A stretch of DNA of 43,554 bases from the NCBI GenBank assembly GCA_035467795.1, contig DATITN010000122.1, positions 1-43,554 of the forward strand, read 5' to 3'. A program made the translations under genes and the position numbers. This DNA comes from Arachnia sp. (lineage in GTDB: Bacteria; Actinomycetota; Actinomycetes; Propionibacteriales; Propionibacteriaceae). The notes below the pieces were generated by a model. That model searched no databases. It saw only the letters and a program-made list of their open reading frames with translations, and was not told the origin of the DNA. How positions within the stretch are numbered: the first letter of the stretch is position 1; every line of letters starts with the position of its first letter. Shown here one piece after another: positions 22,990-32,040 of this stretch.

Positions 22990-23573
22990 GCGCACCCCTC
23001 ATAAGGCCGGCCCGGCCATCAGACCTCCCCGGCGCCGCCGAGGCGCTGGCGGACGCGTTCACCGACGATCCCACCTTCGCCTTCCTCCCGTCCGACGAGC
23101 GCGCGCGGCGGGTGCGGGCCTACATGGACCATGAGATCAACGGCGCGTGGACGGTCGACGTGGCGGTTGACGGCACCACGGTGCTCGGAGCGGGGCTCTG
23201 GCAGCCGCCAGGGGCCCCCATCGACGGGATCGCGGCAGCGGCCGGACACGTGGCAGAGCTCTGGAGCGCCCTCGGGCGCCACGCCGCGACCATGCTGCGG
23301 GTCGAACGCGAGCTTGCCCGGCACCGGCCGCCCGTGCCGCACTGGTTCCTGGGCTATGCCGGCGTGTCTTCGGCGGCGCAGGGCCGGGGCGTGGGCCGCG
23401 CGCTCCTCGAGCACCGCCTCGGCACGGTCGCCGAGCCGGTCTACCTGGAGGCGGCCACGGAACGGGCCGCGGCCCTCTACCGTCGCCTCGGCTTCGTGGA
23501 CATGTGCCGGTTCACGGGTCCGCACATGCCGGCGGTGGGGATGTGGCGCCCGGCCCCGCTGCCTCAGGACTAG
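22986..23573 (+). CDS. GNAT family N-acetyltransferase
   Basis: LADAFTDDP, PHWFL, AQGRGVGRALL, YLEA, LYRRLGF. ATGA overlap with the DyP stop. Confidence 0.88.
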   Translation: MSAPLIRPARPSDLPGAAEALADAFTDDPTFAFLPSDERARRVRAYMDHEINGAWTVDVAVDGTTVLGAGLWQPPGAPIDGIAAAAGHVAELWSALGRHAATMLRVERELARHRPPVPHWFLGYAGVSSAAQGRGVGRALLEHRLGTVAEPVYLEAATERAAALYRRLGFVDMCRFTGPHMPAVGMWRPAPLPQD

Positions 23574-23602
23574 GTGGTCACCTTCGTTGGTTCGTCGGGG
23601 GT

Positions 23603-25000
23603 TCAGGCCCTGACGGCGGGGACGGCCAACTCCGCGATCACTCCCGGCAGCCTCGCCGCCAGCGCGTCGGGCGGGTACGGGCCGGGGTTCCGCTCGGCCG
23701 CGATGGCCTGGACGCTGGCACCCAGCACTCCCGCCTGCCAAGCAGGGAGACCCGCGGCCAGTAGAGCCCCGCAGATCCCTGCCAGCACGTCACCGGATCC
23801 GGCCTGGGCGGTCCAGGCGGGCCCCCTCACCGCCATCGTCACGCGCCCCGAGGGCTCCGCCACGTACTGCGTGGCCCCCTTGAGGAGCACCGCGGCGCCC
23901 GTCTGCCGCGACACCTCCCGCACACACACCAGCGGCTGAGCCTCGACGTGGGCCCGGGTGCAGCCCAGTATCCGGGCCAGCTCGCCCGCGTGCGGGGTGA
24001 GCAGCCACCCGTCGAGCCGCCCCGCGGGCAACGACGTGAGCGCGTCGGCGTCGACGACGGTGGGCACCGCGTGAAGTCCCGCGTTGGCCACGCGTCCCTC
24101 GGTGCCCTCGCCGTCGCCCCACCCGGAACCCACCACCATGGCCTGGGCGCGCCCCTCGCCGATGACCACGCTGGGGAACCGCGACAGGATCAGCCCGGAG
24201 GCCACGCGCCCCGTGTAGCGCACCATGCCGGCCCCGGCGTGCAGGGCGCCCGAGACGCCGAGGATCGCGGCGCCCTGGTACTGCTCGGAGCCGGTGTCGA
24301 TCATCACCACGCCGCGGGTGTACTTGTCCGAGGTGGGCATCGGCGCCGGCCACCACCGCGCCACGTCGGCCACCTCGGCCTGCTGCAACAGCGGGGAGCC
24401 TGCCTCCACTCCGATGTCGGCCACATGCACCCGGCCGCACCGCGAGGCAGCGGGCTCCTGAACGTGGCAGGGCTTCAGTGCGGCGAACGTGACGGTGTGG
24501 GCGGCGCGAAAGCTGGGATGCGGCGCCCCGGAATCCGCGTCGAGGCCGCTGGGCAGGTCCACCGACAGCACGGGCACGCAGAGGTCCGCGCACGCGTCGG
24601 CCAGGGTCTCGACCACCGGCGGCAGCCCCGGCCGCGATCCCAGGCCGGTGAACGCGTCGATCACCAGGGCGCACTCCGCGAGGGCCTCGACGGCGGCCAT
24701 CGCCTCCACCACCTGGCAGCCGGCCGCCCGCGCGGCCGCGAGGCCACCCTCGTGCGCGTTGCCGGCCACGCACCAGACGGCGACGGCGCGGCGTTGGGCG
24801 AGCAGGGCGGCGGCGAACAGCCCGTCTCCCCCGTTGTTGCCGGGCCCGGCCACCACCAGCACCGGACCCTCCGCGGCGACCGAGGCGGCCACCCGGGCCA
24901 CCTCCGCCGCAGCGCGTCCCATGAGGTCCACGCCGGGCTCAGCGGCGAAGACCCTCGCCTCGGCTGCGCGCATCTCTGCCGCGGTCACCACAGGCCTCAT
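23603..25000 (-). CDS. nnr: Bifunctional NAD(P)HX epimerase/dehydratase
   Basis: GPGNNGGDG, VDLPSG, DKYTRG, VDADAL, LTPHAGE, AGSGDVLAG. Confidence 0.93.
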   Translation of the reverse strand: MRPVVTAAEMRAAEARVFAAEPGVDLMGRAAAEVARVAASVAAEGPVLVVAGPGNNGGDGLFAAALLAQRRAVAVWCVAGNAHEGGLAAARAAGCQVVEAMAAVEALAECALVIDAFTGLGSRPGLPPVVETLADACADLCVPVLSVDLPSGLDADSGAPHPSFRAAHTVTFAALKPCHVQEPAASRCGRVHVADIGVEAGSPLLQQAEVADVARWWPAPMPTSDKYTRGVVMIDTGSEQYQGAAILGVSGALHAGAGMVRYTGRVASGLILSRFPSVVIGEGRAQAMVVGSGWGDGEGTEGRVANAGLHAVPTVVDADALTSLPAGRLDGWLLTPHAGELARILGCTRAHVEAQPLVCVREVSRQTGAAVLLKGATQYVAEPSGRVTMAVRGPAWTAQAGSGDVLAGICGALLAAGLPAWQAGVLGASVQAIAAERNPGPYPPDALAARLPGVIAELAVPAVRA

Positions 25001-25347
25001 GCTTCGCACACCACCATCGCCGTGGCGAAACCACCGTCGTGGCTGATGGACAGATGGATGTGACGGATGCCCAACGCCTCCACCCTGGCCGCGACGGAGC
25101 CGGAGTTGCGGAACGCAGGGTCGCCGTCTGCGTTCTTGACCACCTCGCAGTCCAGCCATCGCATGCCGCCCGGCGAGCCGAGCGCCTTGGCGAACGCCTC
25201 CTTCGCGGCGAACCGCGCGGCCTGGGACTCGATGGAGAGTGCGCGCTCGGCCGGGGTGAGGAGGCGCTCATCGAGGCCGGGGCGACGCTCCAGCATGTCC
25301 CGGAACCGCTCGATGACGCACAGGTCCGTGCCGATGCCCACGATCAT
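24997..25347 (-). CDS. acpS: Holo-ACP synthase
   Basis: MIVGIGTD, ARFAAKEAFAKALG, LSISHD. Confidence 0.95.
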   Translation of the reverse strand: MIVGIGTDLCVIERFRDMLERRPGLDERLLTPAERALSIESQAARFAAKEAFAKALGSPGGMRWLDCEVVKNADGDPAFRNSGSVAARVEALGIRHIHLSISHDGGFATAMVVCEA

Positions 25348-25370
25348 GGCGCCACTCTAGGGCTGAAGCC

Positions 25371-27203
25371 CTACTCGACGGTGACCGACTTGGCCAGATT
25401 CCGTGGCTGATCGACGTCGTGACCCTGCACGGTGGCCAGCTCGCAGGCGAACAGCTGGAGCGGGATGATGGCGGCCACCGGCTGCAGCAGCGTGGAGAGC
25501 TTCGGCAGCTCGATGAACACGGCCGCGGCGGCGCGCGCCTCCTCGTCGTCGGCCTCGGCCAGGACGATCGTCTTCGCGCCACGGGCTCGGACCTCGGCGA
25601 TGTTGGATACCACCTTGTCCCGAAGCTGGTCCCGGCCGCGGGGCGGCACCACGACGAACACCGGCAGGTCCTTGCGGATCAGCGCGATGGGGCCGTGCTT
25701 GAGCTCCCCGGCCGCGAAGCCCTCCGCGTGGATGTAGGCCAGTTCCTTGAGCTTGAGCGCCCCCTCCAGCGCGACGGGGTAGCCCACGTGGCGGCCGAGG
25801 AACAGCACGGAGGGCTCGTTGACGAACTCGCGTGCCAGGTCCAGGACCTGTTGCTGGTTGTCGAGCATGCCCTGGATTGCGTCGGGCATCCGCTCCAGCT
25901 CCGCCAGCAGTGCCCCGATCTCGTCTCCGTACTTCATGCCGCGCACCTGCGCCAGGTAGAGACCGAGCAGGTAGCAGGCCACCAGCTGGGTGGTGAAGCC
26001 CTTGGTGGAGGCCACCCCGATCTCGGGCCCGGCGTGGGTGTAGATCACGGCGTCGGATTCGCGCGGGATGGTGGCGCCGTTGGTGTTGCAGATGGCGATC
26101 ACCTTGGCGCCCTGCTCCCGGGCGTGACGGATGGCCATCAGCGTGTCGGCGGTCTCGCCGGACTGGGAGATGGTCACCACCAGCGTCATCGGGTCGATGA
26201 TCGGGTCCCGGTAGCGGAACTCGGAGGCCACCTCCACCTCGCACGGGATGCGGGTCCAGTGCTCGATGGCGTATTTGGCCACCAGGCCCGCGTAGAAGGC
26301 GGTGCCGCAGGCAACGATGACGATCTTGTTGATCCGGCGCAGGATCTCAGGGGAGATGCGGATCTCGTCGAGGACCAGTTCGCCGCGTTCGTTGAGGCGG
26401 CCGAGCAGCGTGTCTGCCACGGCGCGGGGCTGTTCGAAGATCTCCTTGCGCATGAACCAGTCGTAGCCCTGCTTCTGCGCGGCCTCCAGATCCCAGTCGA
26501 CGTGGAACTCCTTGGTCTGCGCCGGCGCACCGTCGAAGGTGGTCACGTTGACCCCGGCGGGGGTGAGCTCCACGATCTGGTCCTGGCCGAGCTCGATGGC
26601 GTCCCGGGTGTAGGCGATGAACGCTGCCACGTCCGAGGCGAGGAACCATTCACCCTCCCCCACGCCGACCACCAGCGGGGAGTTGCGCCGCGCGGCGACG
26701 ATCCGGTCCGGGTCCTGGGCGTCGACGGCCACCAGCGTGAAGGCGCCTTCCAGGCGCGACACGACGGCGCGCATTGCGGCGAGGAGGTCCAGGCCCGCAT
26801 CCAGCTCGCGGCGCAGCAGGTGCGCGGCCACCTCGGAATCGGTCTCCGAGGAGAACTCGACGCCGGGCAGCTCAGCGCGGAGCTGGCCATGGTTCTCGAT
26901 GATGCCGTTGTGGACGATGGCCACGCGCTCCGAGACGTGCGGGTGCGAGTTCTGGTCCGTCGGCGCACCGTGGGTGGCCCAACGGGTGTGGCCGATGGCC
27001 ACATGCCCCGCGGGCAGCGGATCCGCGGCGATGGCGGCCTCAAGGTTGACGATCTTGCCGGCCTTCTTGCGCCACTCGATGCGGCCCCCGCTCGGCAGGG
27101 CGACGCCCGCCGAGTCATAACCGCGATACTCGAGCCGGCGAAGCCCGCTCAGCACCACATCAAGTCCGTCACGTTGTCCGAGATATCCCACGATTCCACA
27201 CAC
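25371..27203 (-). CDS. glmS: Glutamine-fructose-6-phosphate aminotransferase
   Basis: (M)CGIVG N-terminal Cys, LEYRGYDSAG, HTRWATHG, SQSGETAD, PRNLAKSVTVE. Confidence 0.98.
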   Translation of the reverse strand: MCGIVGYLGQRDGLDVVLSGLRRLEYRGYDSAGVALPSGGRIEWRKKAGKIVNLEAAIAADPLPAGHVAIGHTRWATHGAPTDQNSHPHVSERVAIVHNGIIENHGQLRAELPGVEFSSETDSEVAAHLLRRELDAGLDLLAAMRAVVSRLEGAFTLVAVDAQDPDRIVAARRNSPLVVGVGEGEWFLASDVAAFIAYTRDAIELGQDQIVELTPAGVNVTTFDGAPAQTKEFHVDWDLEAAQKQGYDWFMRKEIFEQPRAVADTLLGRLNERGELVLDEIRISPEILRRINKIVIVACGTAFYAGLVAKYAIEHWTRIPCEVEVASEFRYRDPIIDPMTLVVTISQSGETADTLMAIRHAREQGAKVIAICNTNGATIPRESDAVIYTHAGPEIGVASTKGFTTQLVACYLLGLYLAQVRGMKYGDEIGALLAELERMPDAIQGMLDNQQQVLDLAREFVNEPSVLFLGRHVGYPVALEGALKLKELAYIHAEGFAAGELKHGPIALIRKDLPVFVVVPPRGRDQLRDKVVSNIAEVRARGAKTIVLAEADDEEARAAAAVFIELPKLSTLLQPVAAIIPLQLFACELATVQGHDVDQPRNLAKSVTVE

Positions 27204-27269
27204 GCCGAAAACCGTACATGATGAATGCGCGTTTCTTGACATCCGCGCCCGTGAGCCGTTCCGCCGTGG

Positions 27270-28202
27270 TTACACCTTGCGGATGAGGATCGAGTCGACT
27301 GCGTGCGACTCCCGTTTCACCAGGATCGCCGTGGCCCGATCCCTGGTGGGCTCGATGTTGAGGCGGAGGTTGAGGCCGTTGATGTCCTCCCAGACCCGGG
27401 CACCGAACGCAATGGCGTCTGCTTCAGACAGCTCCGCGTAGCGCCTGAAGAAGCTCCGCTCGTCGGTGAACGCGGTCCGCCGCAGGGTGAGGAAGCGCTC
27501 AAGGAACCACTGCTTGATGTGCGACTCGGGAGCGTCGACGAACACGGAGAAGTCGAAGAAGTCGCTCACCGCCAGCCCCGGCTTCCCGTCCGCCTCGACC
27601 CGGGCCGGCTGCAGTACGTTCAGGCCCTCGATGATGAGGATGTCCGGGCGCTCCACGGCGATCTGCTCGCCCGCCACGATGTCGTAGACCAGGTGGCTGT
27701 ACACAGGTGCGAACACGCTCGGCACGCCGGACTTCACGTCGATGACGAAGTCCAGCAGCGCCCGCCGGTTGTAGGACTCAGGAAATCCCTTGCGCTCCAG
27801 CAGCCCGCGACGCTCCAGCTCGGCGTTGGGGTAGAGGAAGCCGTCGGTGGTGATGAGATCCACTCGGGGCTTCCCCGGCGCCCGGCGGAGCAGCTCCTGC
27901 AGCAGGCGCGAGACCGTGGACTTGCCCACCGCCACGGACCCGGCCACCGCGATGACGAACGGCGTGCGATCCACATCCAGGCCCAGGAAGTCGTGGCTCT
28001 GAGAGTAGAGCCTCCCGGTGTTCTCCATGTAGAGGTGCAGCAGCTGCGTCAGCGGCCGGTAGACCTCCACGAGGTCGCGGTGCGAGGTGGGATCCCCGAT
28101 GCCACGAAGCCTGTCGAGGGTGACCTCATCGAGATCGATCTGCGTCGCGTCGGCCAACGCCGCCCAGGCGTGGCGTTCGAGCGTGACGTACGGTCCGGTC
28201 AC
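27270..28202 (-). CDS. coaA: Type I pantothenate kinase
   Basis: AGSVAVGKST, TTDGFLYPN, KGFPESY, YSHLVYD, EGLNVLQ. Start 28202 chosen from AAGGAG spacing; 28208 is possible. Confidence 0.95.
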   Translation of the reverse strand: MTGPYVTLERHAWAALADATQIDLDEVTLDRLRGIGDPTSHRDLVEVYRPLTQLLHLYMENTGRLYSQSHDFLGLDVDRTPFVIAVAGSVAVGKSTVSRLLQELLRRAPGKPRVDLITTDGFLYPNAELERRGLLERKGFPESYNRRALLDFVIDVKSGVPSVFAPVYSHLVYDIVAGEQIAVERPDILIIEGLNVLQPARVEADGKPGLAVSDFFDFSVFVDAPESHIKQWFLERFLTLRRTAFTDERSFFRRYAELSEADAIAFGARVWEDINGLNLRLNIEPTRDRATAILVKRESHAVDSILIRKV

Positions 28203-28267
28203 CGGCACTCCTTCGTGGGGTCGATCGGCAATCGTACAGGGAAGGGCGCCCGCGTACAGTGGGGCGC

Positions 28268-29701
28268 ATGACCGACGACCGCTCCGGGAACCGCCGCGAC
28301 CCCTACTCCGAGGAGTTCAAGACCTTCATCGTCAGTGGCTGGGCGCCCGACCCTGACGCGCTGCCCGAGCGGCTGCCCGGCGCGTCCTACGCCGCCGCCA
28401 GGCGGATTCAGCTGGCCCAGGAGTTCACCGGCACCACCCTCGTGGTGCCGGCCGGTCCGCTGAAGGCCCGCTCCAACGACACCGACTACCGGTTCCGGCC
28501 CCACAGCGCGTTCGCCTACTACACAGGCCTCGGCGAGGACAGGGAGCCGGACGCGGTGCTCCTCATCCAGGACGACGACGCCACGCTGTTCTTCCGCCCG
28601 CGCGCCCCGCGCACGGACCGGGAGTTCTACGCCGACGCCCGCTACGGCGAGATGTGGGTGGGCCGGCGCGACTCGCTTGAGGAGATGGCGGCCGCCGTCG
28701 GACTCCCCTGTCGCGACATCCGAGAGCTGGAGGACGTCATCCGCCACGCGCCGGGGCCGCTGGCCGTCATCCGCGAGGCGGACCCGACGATCACCGCGCT
28801 CGTCGACGGTTCACGCACCGACGAAGACCTCTCGCGGGACGCCGAACTGGAGCGCGCCTCCTCCGAGGCCCGCTTCGTCAAGGACGAGTTCGAGGTGGCC
28901 GAGCTACGCCGCGCCTGCGCCGCCACCGCCGTCGGCTTCGAGGCCATTGCCCGCGAGCTGCCGCACGCCCTGGAGCTGGGCCGCGGCGAGCGGTGGGTGG
29001 AGGGCATCTTCGAGCTGCACGCGCGGCACCTCGGCAACGCCATCGGCTACGACACCATCGCCGCCGGCGGGGATCACGCCAACACCCTGCACTGGATCAG
29101 GAACGACGGGGACCTCCGCGACGGAGATCTTCTCCTGCTTGATGCCGGGGTGGAGGTCAGCACCCTGTACACGGCCGACATCACGCGCACGCTCCCGGTC
29201 ACCGGCCGCTTCACCACGCCGCAGCGGCGCGTCTACGAGGCCGTCCTCGCGGCGCAGACCGCCGGCATCGCGGCCTGCCGCGACGGGGCCGCCTTCGCCG
29301 ACGTGCACCGGGCAGCCATCACTGTGCTGGCGGGCTTCTTCGAGGAGCTGGGCATCCTCCCTGTCAGTGCGGAGCAATCGCTGTCCGTCGACGGCGGGCA
29401 GCACCGCCGCTGGATGGTGCACGGTACGTCCCACCACCTCGGCCTGGACGTGCACGATTGCGCCCACGCCCGCGCGGAGGAGTACCGACTCGGCACGCTG
29501 CGCGCTGGGATGGTCATCACGGTGGAGCCCGGGGTCTACTTCAAGTCCACGGATCTGATGGTTCCTGAGGAGTACCGCGGCATCGGGGTGCGCATCGAGG
29601 ACGACATCCTGATCACGGACTCGGATCCGGTGAACCTGTCCGAGGCGCTGCCCCGCACCGCCGACGACGTGGAACGCTGGCTGGCCCGGAGCCGCGGCTG
29701 A
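28268..29701 (+). CDS. pepP: Xaa-Pro aminopeptidase (aminopeptidase P, M24B)
   Basis: RSNDTDYRFR, LHW, DAGVE, YTADITRT, HGTSHHLGLDVHD, TVEPG, RIEDD. Confidence 0.93.
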   Translation: MTDDRSGNRRDPYSEEFKTFIVSGWAPDPDALPERLPGASYAAARRIQLAQEFTGTTLVVPAGPLKARSNDTDYRFRPHSAFAYYTGLGEDREPDAVLLIQDDDATLFFRPRAPRTDREFYADARYGEMWVGRRDSLEEMAAAVGLPCRDIRELEDVIRHAPGPLAVIREADPTITALVDGSRTDEDLSRDAELERASSEARFVKDEFEVAELRRACAATAVGFEAIARELPHALELGRGERWVEGIFELHARHLGNAIGYDTIAAGGDHANTLHWIRNDGDLRDGDLLLLDAGVEVSTLYTADITRTLPVTGRFTTPQRRVYEAVLAAQTAGIAACRDGAAFADVHRAAITVLAGFFEELGILPVSAEQSLSVDGGQHRRWMVHGTSHHLGLDVHDCAHARAEEYRLGTLRAGMVITVEPGVYFKSTDLMVPEEYRGIGVRIEDDILITDSDPVNLSEALPRTADDVERWLARSRG

Positions 29702-29705
29702 GAAC

Positions 29706-30530
29706 TCAGTCCTCGGACTCCGAGACCACGGTAGAGGTCTGGCCGCGGTTGAGGAGCCCCCGGATGATGCGGGCCACGTCCGCAGGGCGGGCCACCGTCA
29801 CCTGGTGCGCCGCCTCCGGCACCACGTGCAGTTCGCCGCGCTGCACCGTCTCGGCCACGAGCTCGACGTTGGCGATGGGGGTGGAGGTGTCACGTTCCCC
29901 CGCCACCATCACCACGGGAAGCGTGATGTAGGGCAGGTCGTCCCGGACGTCGTGGGCGGCCAGCGCCCGGCAGAGCTGGGCATAGGAGTGGTCGTCGGCG
30001 GTGGAGAGCCCTTCCATCACGGCGTCCACCACGGCGGGCTGCTGGGCGCGGAACATCGGAGTGAACCAGCGCTTCGTGGTCTCCTCGACCAACTGCTGGG
30101 TGCCGGTGGCCTCCACCTGATCCGCGCGGTCCAGCCACCGGGCCGGCTCGCCGACGGTGGCGGCCGACGCCACCACCACGACGCCCGAGAAGGTCTTGTC
30201 GTAGTCACGCGCCACGTGCAGCGCCGTTGCCCCGGAGATGGACAGCCCGGCGAAGTAGACGGGCACCTCCGCGCCCGCCTCCTCGCGCACCTCGGCCGCG
30301 ACCTGCGCGATGCCTGCGGCAACCGCGTCCAGAGTGGGCTCGTCGGCGTCGTCCCAGACCGCCCCAAGCCCGGTGCCGGGCAGGTCCACGAAGACCACAC
30401 GGGCATCGTCGATCAGCTGGGCCGCCACCGGCGTCCACTGATGGGCGGCGTTGCCCCCGAGGCTGGGCCCGACGAGCAGCACGCGCTCCGCAGGGGTGCC
30501 GGGGTTGTAGGTGGTCCAGTTCAGATCCAT
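29706..30530 (-). CDS. Alpha/beta hydrolase (3-oxoadipate enol-lactonase-like)
   Basis: GPSLG, DLPGTG, nucleophile elbow GLSISG, acid residue in GERD, His in AAHQ. Confidence 0.8.
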   Translation of the reverse strand: MDLNWTTYNPGTPAERVLLVGPSLGGNAAHQWTPVAAQLIDDARVVFVDLPGTGLGAVWDDADEPTLDAVAAGIAQVAAEVREEAGAEVPVYFAGLSISGATALHVARDYDKTFSGVVVVASAATVGEPARWLDRADQVEATGTQQLVEETTKRWFTPMFRAQQPAVVDAVMEGLSTADDHSYAQLCRALAAHDVRDDLPYITLPVVMVAGERDTSTPIANVELVAETVQRGELHVVPEAAHQVTVARPADVARIIRGLLNRGQTSTVVSESED

Positions 30531-30605
30531 CGACGTGCTCCTTGGGCAGAGGTGGTGGTGGACAACTTACCCGAGGGGGGTCCGGTCCTCGGCGACCCGG
30601 GGGGC

Positions 30606-31100
30606 TTACTCGAACAGGGCGGCGCGGGAGCCGGGCCGAGCCGTCAACATGTCTCGGGCCTGCTGCGCCACCTTGTGCTCGGCGAGCACCTCGTAGCTGG
30701 TGGCCACCGTGATGCGGGCTGAGTTGAAGTCGCGCTTGCCCCCGGTGAGGGAGTGGGCCAGGGCGCGGGCCATGACTCCGAACACCACACCCATCGCGAG
30801 GCCGACGTAGAGCATGGCGAAGTTGCCGTTGCCCACGAACAGCATCAGCATGACGCCGACGAACAAGCCGGTGCTGAGGCCCGACAGGGCGCCCTCACCG
30901 AGCACGGTGGCCCAGGTGCGGCGCCCCGTCACCCGCTCGAGCAGCTTGAGGTCGGTGCCCACGATGAGCAGGTTCTGGACGGGAAACTTCTCGTCTGCCA
31001 GGAAGTCCACCGCCGACTGTGCCTCGTCGTAGGTGCCGAATTGTGCGATGTGCTGAGGGTAGTTCAGCTGCATCAGCTTCCGGTTCGCCGGCTCGGTCAT
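30606..31100 (-). CDS. General stress protein-like membrane protein (YflT/17M-like)
   Basis: YDEAQSAVDFLADEKFPV..L.IVG.DL...ERVTGR, two TM helices, GGKRDF. Confidence 0.75.
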   Translation of the reverse strand: MTEPANRKLMQLNYPQHIAQFGTYDEAQSAVDFLADEKFPVQNLLIVGTDLKLLERVTGRRTWATVLGEGALSGLSTGLFVGVMLMLFVGNGNFAMLYVGLAMGVVFGVMARALAHSLTGGKRDFNSARITVATSYEVLAEHKVAQQARDMLTARPGSRAALFE

Positions 31101-32011
31101 GTGCTCCTCCGTCCGCGCGCCAAGGTGGCCTGGGCCAAGCTTACGCCCGCCTCATCAACCATCTCGTCGCCGAGAAGGACGGCGCCTACCCCCGAGGCTG
31201 CCCCGCGTGCGGCCGCCGCGACCATCTCCTCCGCCCGCGCCAGGGCCTCCGGCGACGGGGTGAACGCCTCCGTCCCGGCCGCGATCTGGGCCGGGTGCAG
31301 GACCCACTTGCCGTCGTAGCCGAGGGCGGCGGCGCGTCCGGCCGAAGCAAGGAATCCCGCCACGTCATGGACCGCGACGTAGGGTCCGTCGACCGCCTGC
31401 AGCCCCCGGGCCCGCGCGGCCACCAGGATCCGGGCGTAGGCGTGGTGCAGGGGATCCCCGGGATACCCGTCGCTGAGGCCTCCCACCAGCAGCGACGGCA
31501 GGCCGAGCGAGGCCATCAGGTCGCCCGGGCCCACGTGCAGCGCCTCCAGGCGGGGGCTGGCCGCGGCGATGTCGTCGGACCTGGTCAAGGCGACGGCGTC
31601 CTCGAGGAGGACCTCGATCCCGATGCGGCCCACCGCGAGCCCGTGGAGGCGCTCCAACTGGGTCAGCAGCAGGTCTAGCGCCTCCACCTGGCCCGGCGAG
31701 GTGACCTTCGGCAGGAACACCGTGTCGAGGCGTCCGCCGGCCCCTGCCACCACGTCGATCACATCGCGGTGGGTCCAGGGGGTGGCCCAGCCGTTGACCC
31801 GCACCGACACCGTGGGTGCCAGCCAGGTGCGGGCGCGAAGGGCCTCCACCGCGCGGGAACGCGCCTCGTCCTTGGCCGCCGCGGCAACTCCGTCCTCCAG
31901 ATCAAGGAAGACCTGATCCACGTCCAGCCCCACCGACTTGTCCAGGAAGCGTTCACTGGAGGCCGGGACGGACAGCACCGTGCGGCGGGATCGTGCGGGG
32001 CGTTGGGTCAT
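31097..32011 (-). CDS. CitE/HpcH-HpaI family CoA-ester lyase
   Basis: RRTVLSVP, FLDLEDGV, VRVN, LPKV, GYDGKWVLHPAQI, MVDEA. Confidence 0.88.
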   Translation of the reverse strand: MTQRPARSRRTVLSVPASSERFLDKSVGLDVDQVFLDLEDGVAAAAKDEARSRAVEALRARTWLAPTVSVRVNGWATPWTHRDVIDVVAGAGGRLDTVFLPKVTSPGQVEALDLLLTQLERLHGLAVGRIGIEVLLEDAVALTRSDDIAAASPRLEALHVGPGDLMASLGLPSLLVGGLSDGYPGDPLHHAYARILVAARARGLQAVDGPYVAVHDVAGFLASAGRAAALGYDGKWVLHPAQIAAGTEAFTPSPEALARAEEMVAAAARGAASGVGAVLLGDEMVDEAGVSLAQATLARGRRST

Positions 32012-32040
32012 CGTCGGGTCCTTGCGGCTAGATTTGCCCT

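Noticed and set aside
27204-27269. Possible glmS ribozyme upstream of glmS
   Set aside because: Only 66 nt of intergenic space, leaderless promoter geometry and no recognisable ribozyme core.
29706-32011. PcaD-like hydrolase near a CitE-like lyase as an aromatic catabolic cluster
   Set aside because: No other pca/cat genes, transporter or regulator; citE and the stress-protein gene are common neighbours of the mgtE-like/mrp block.
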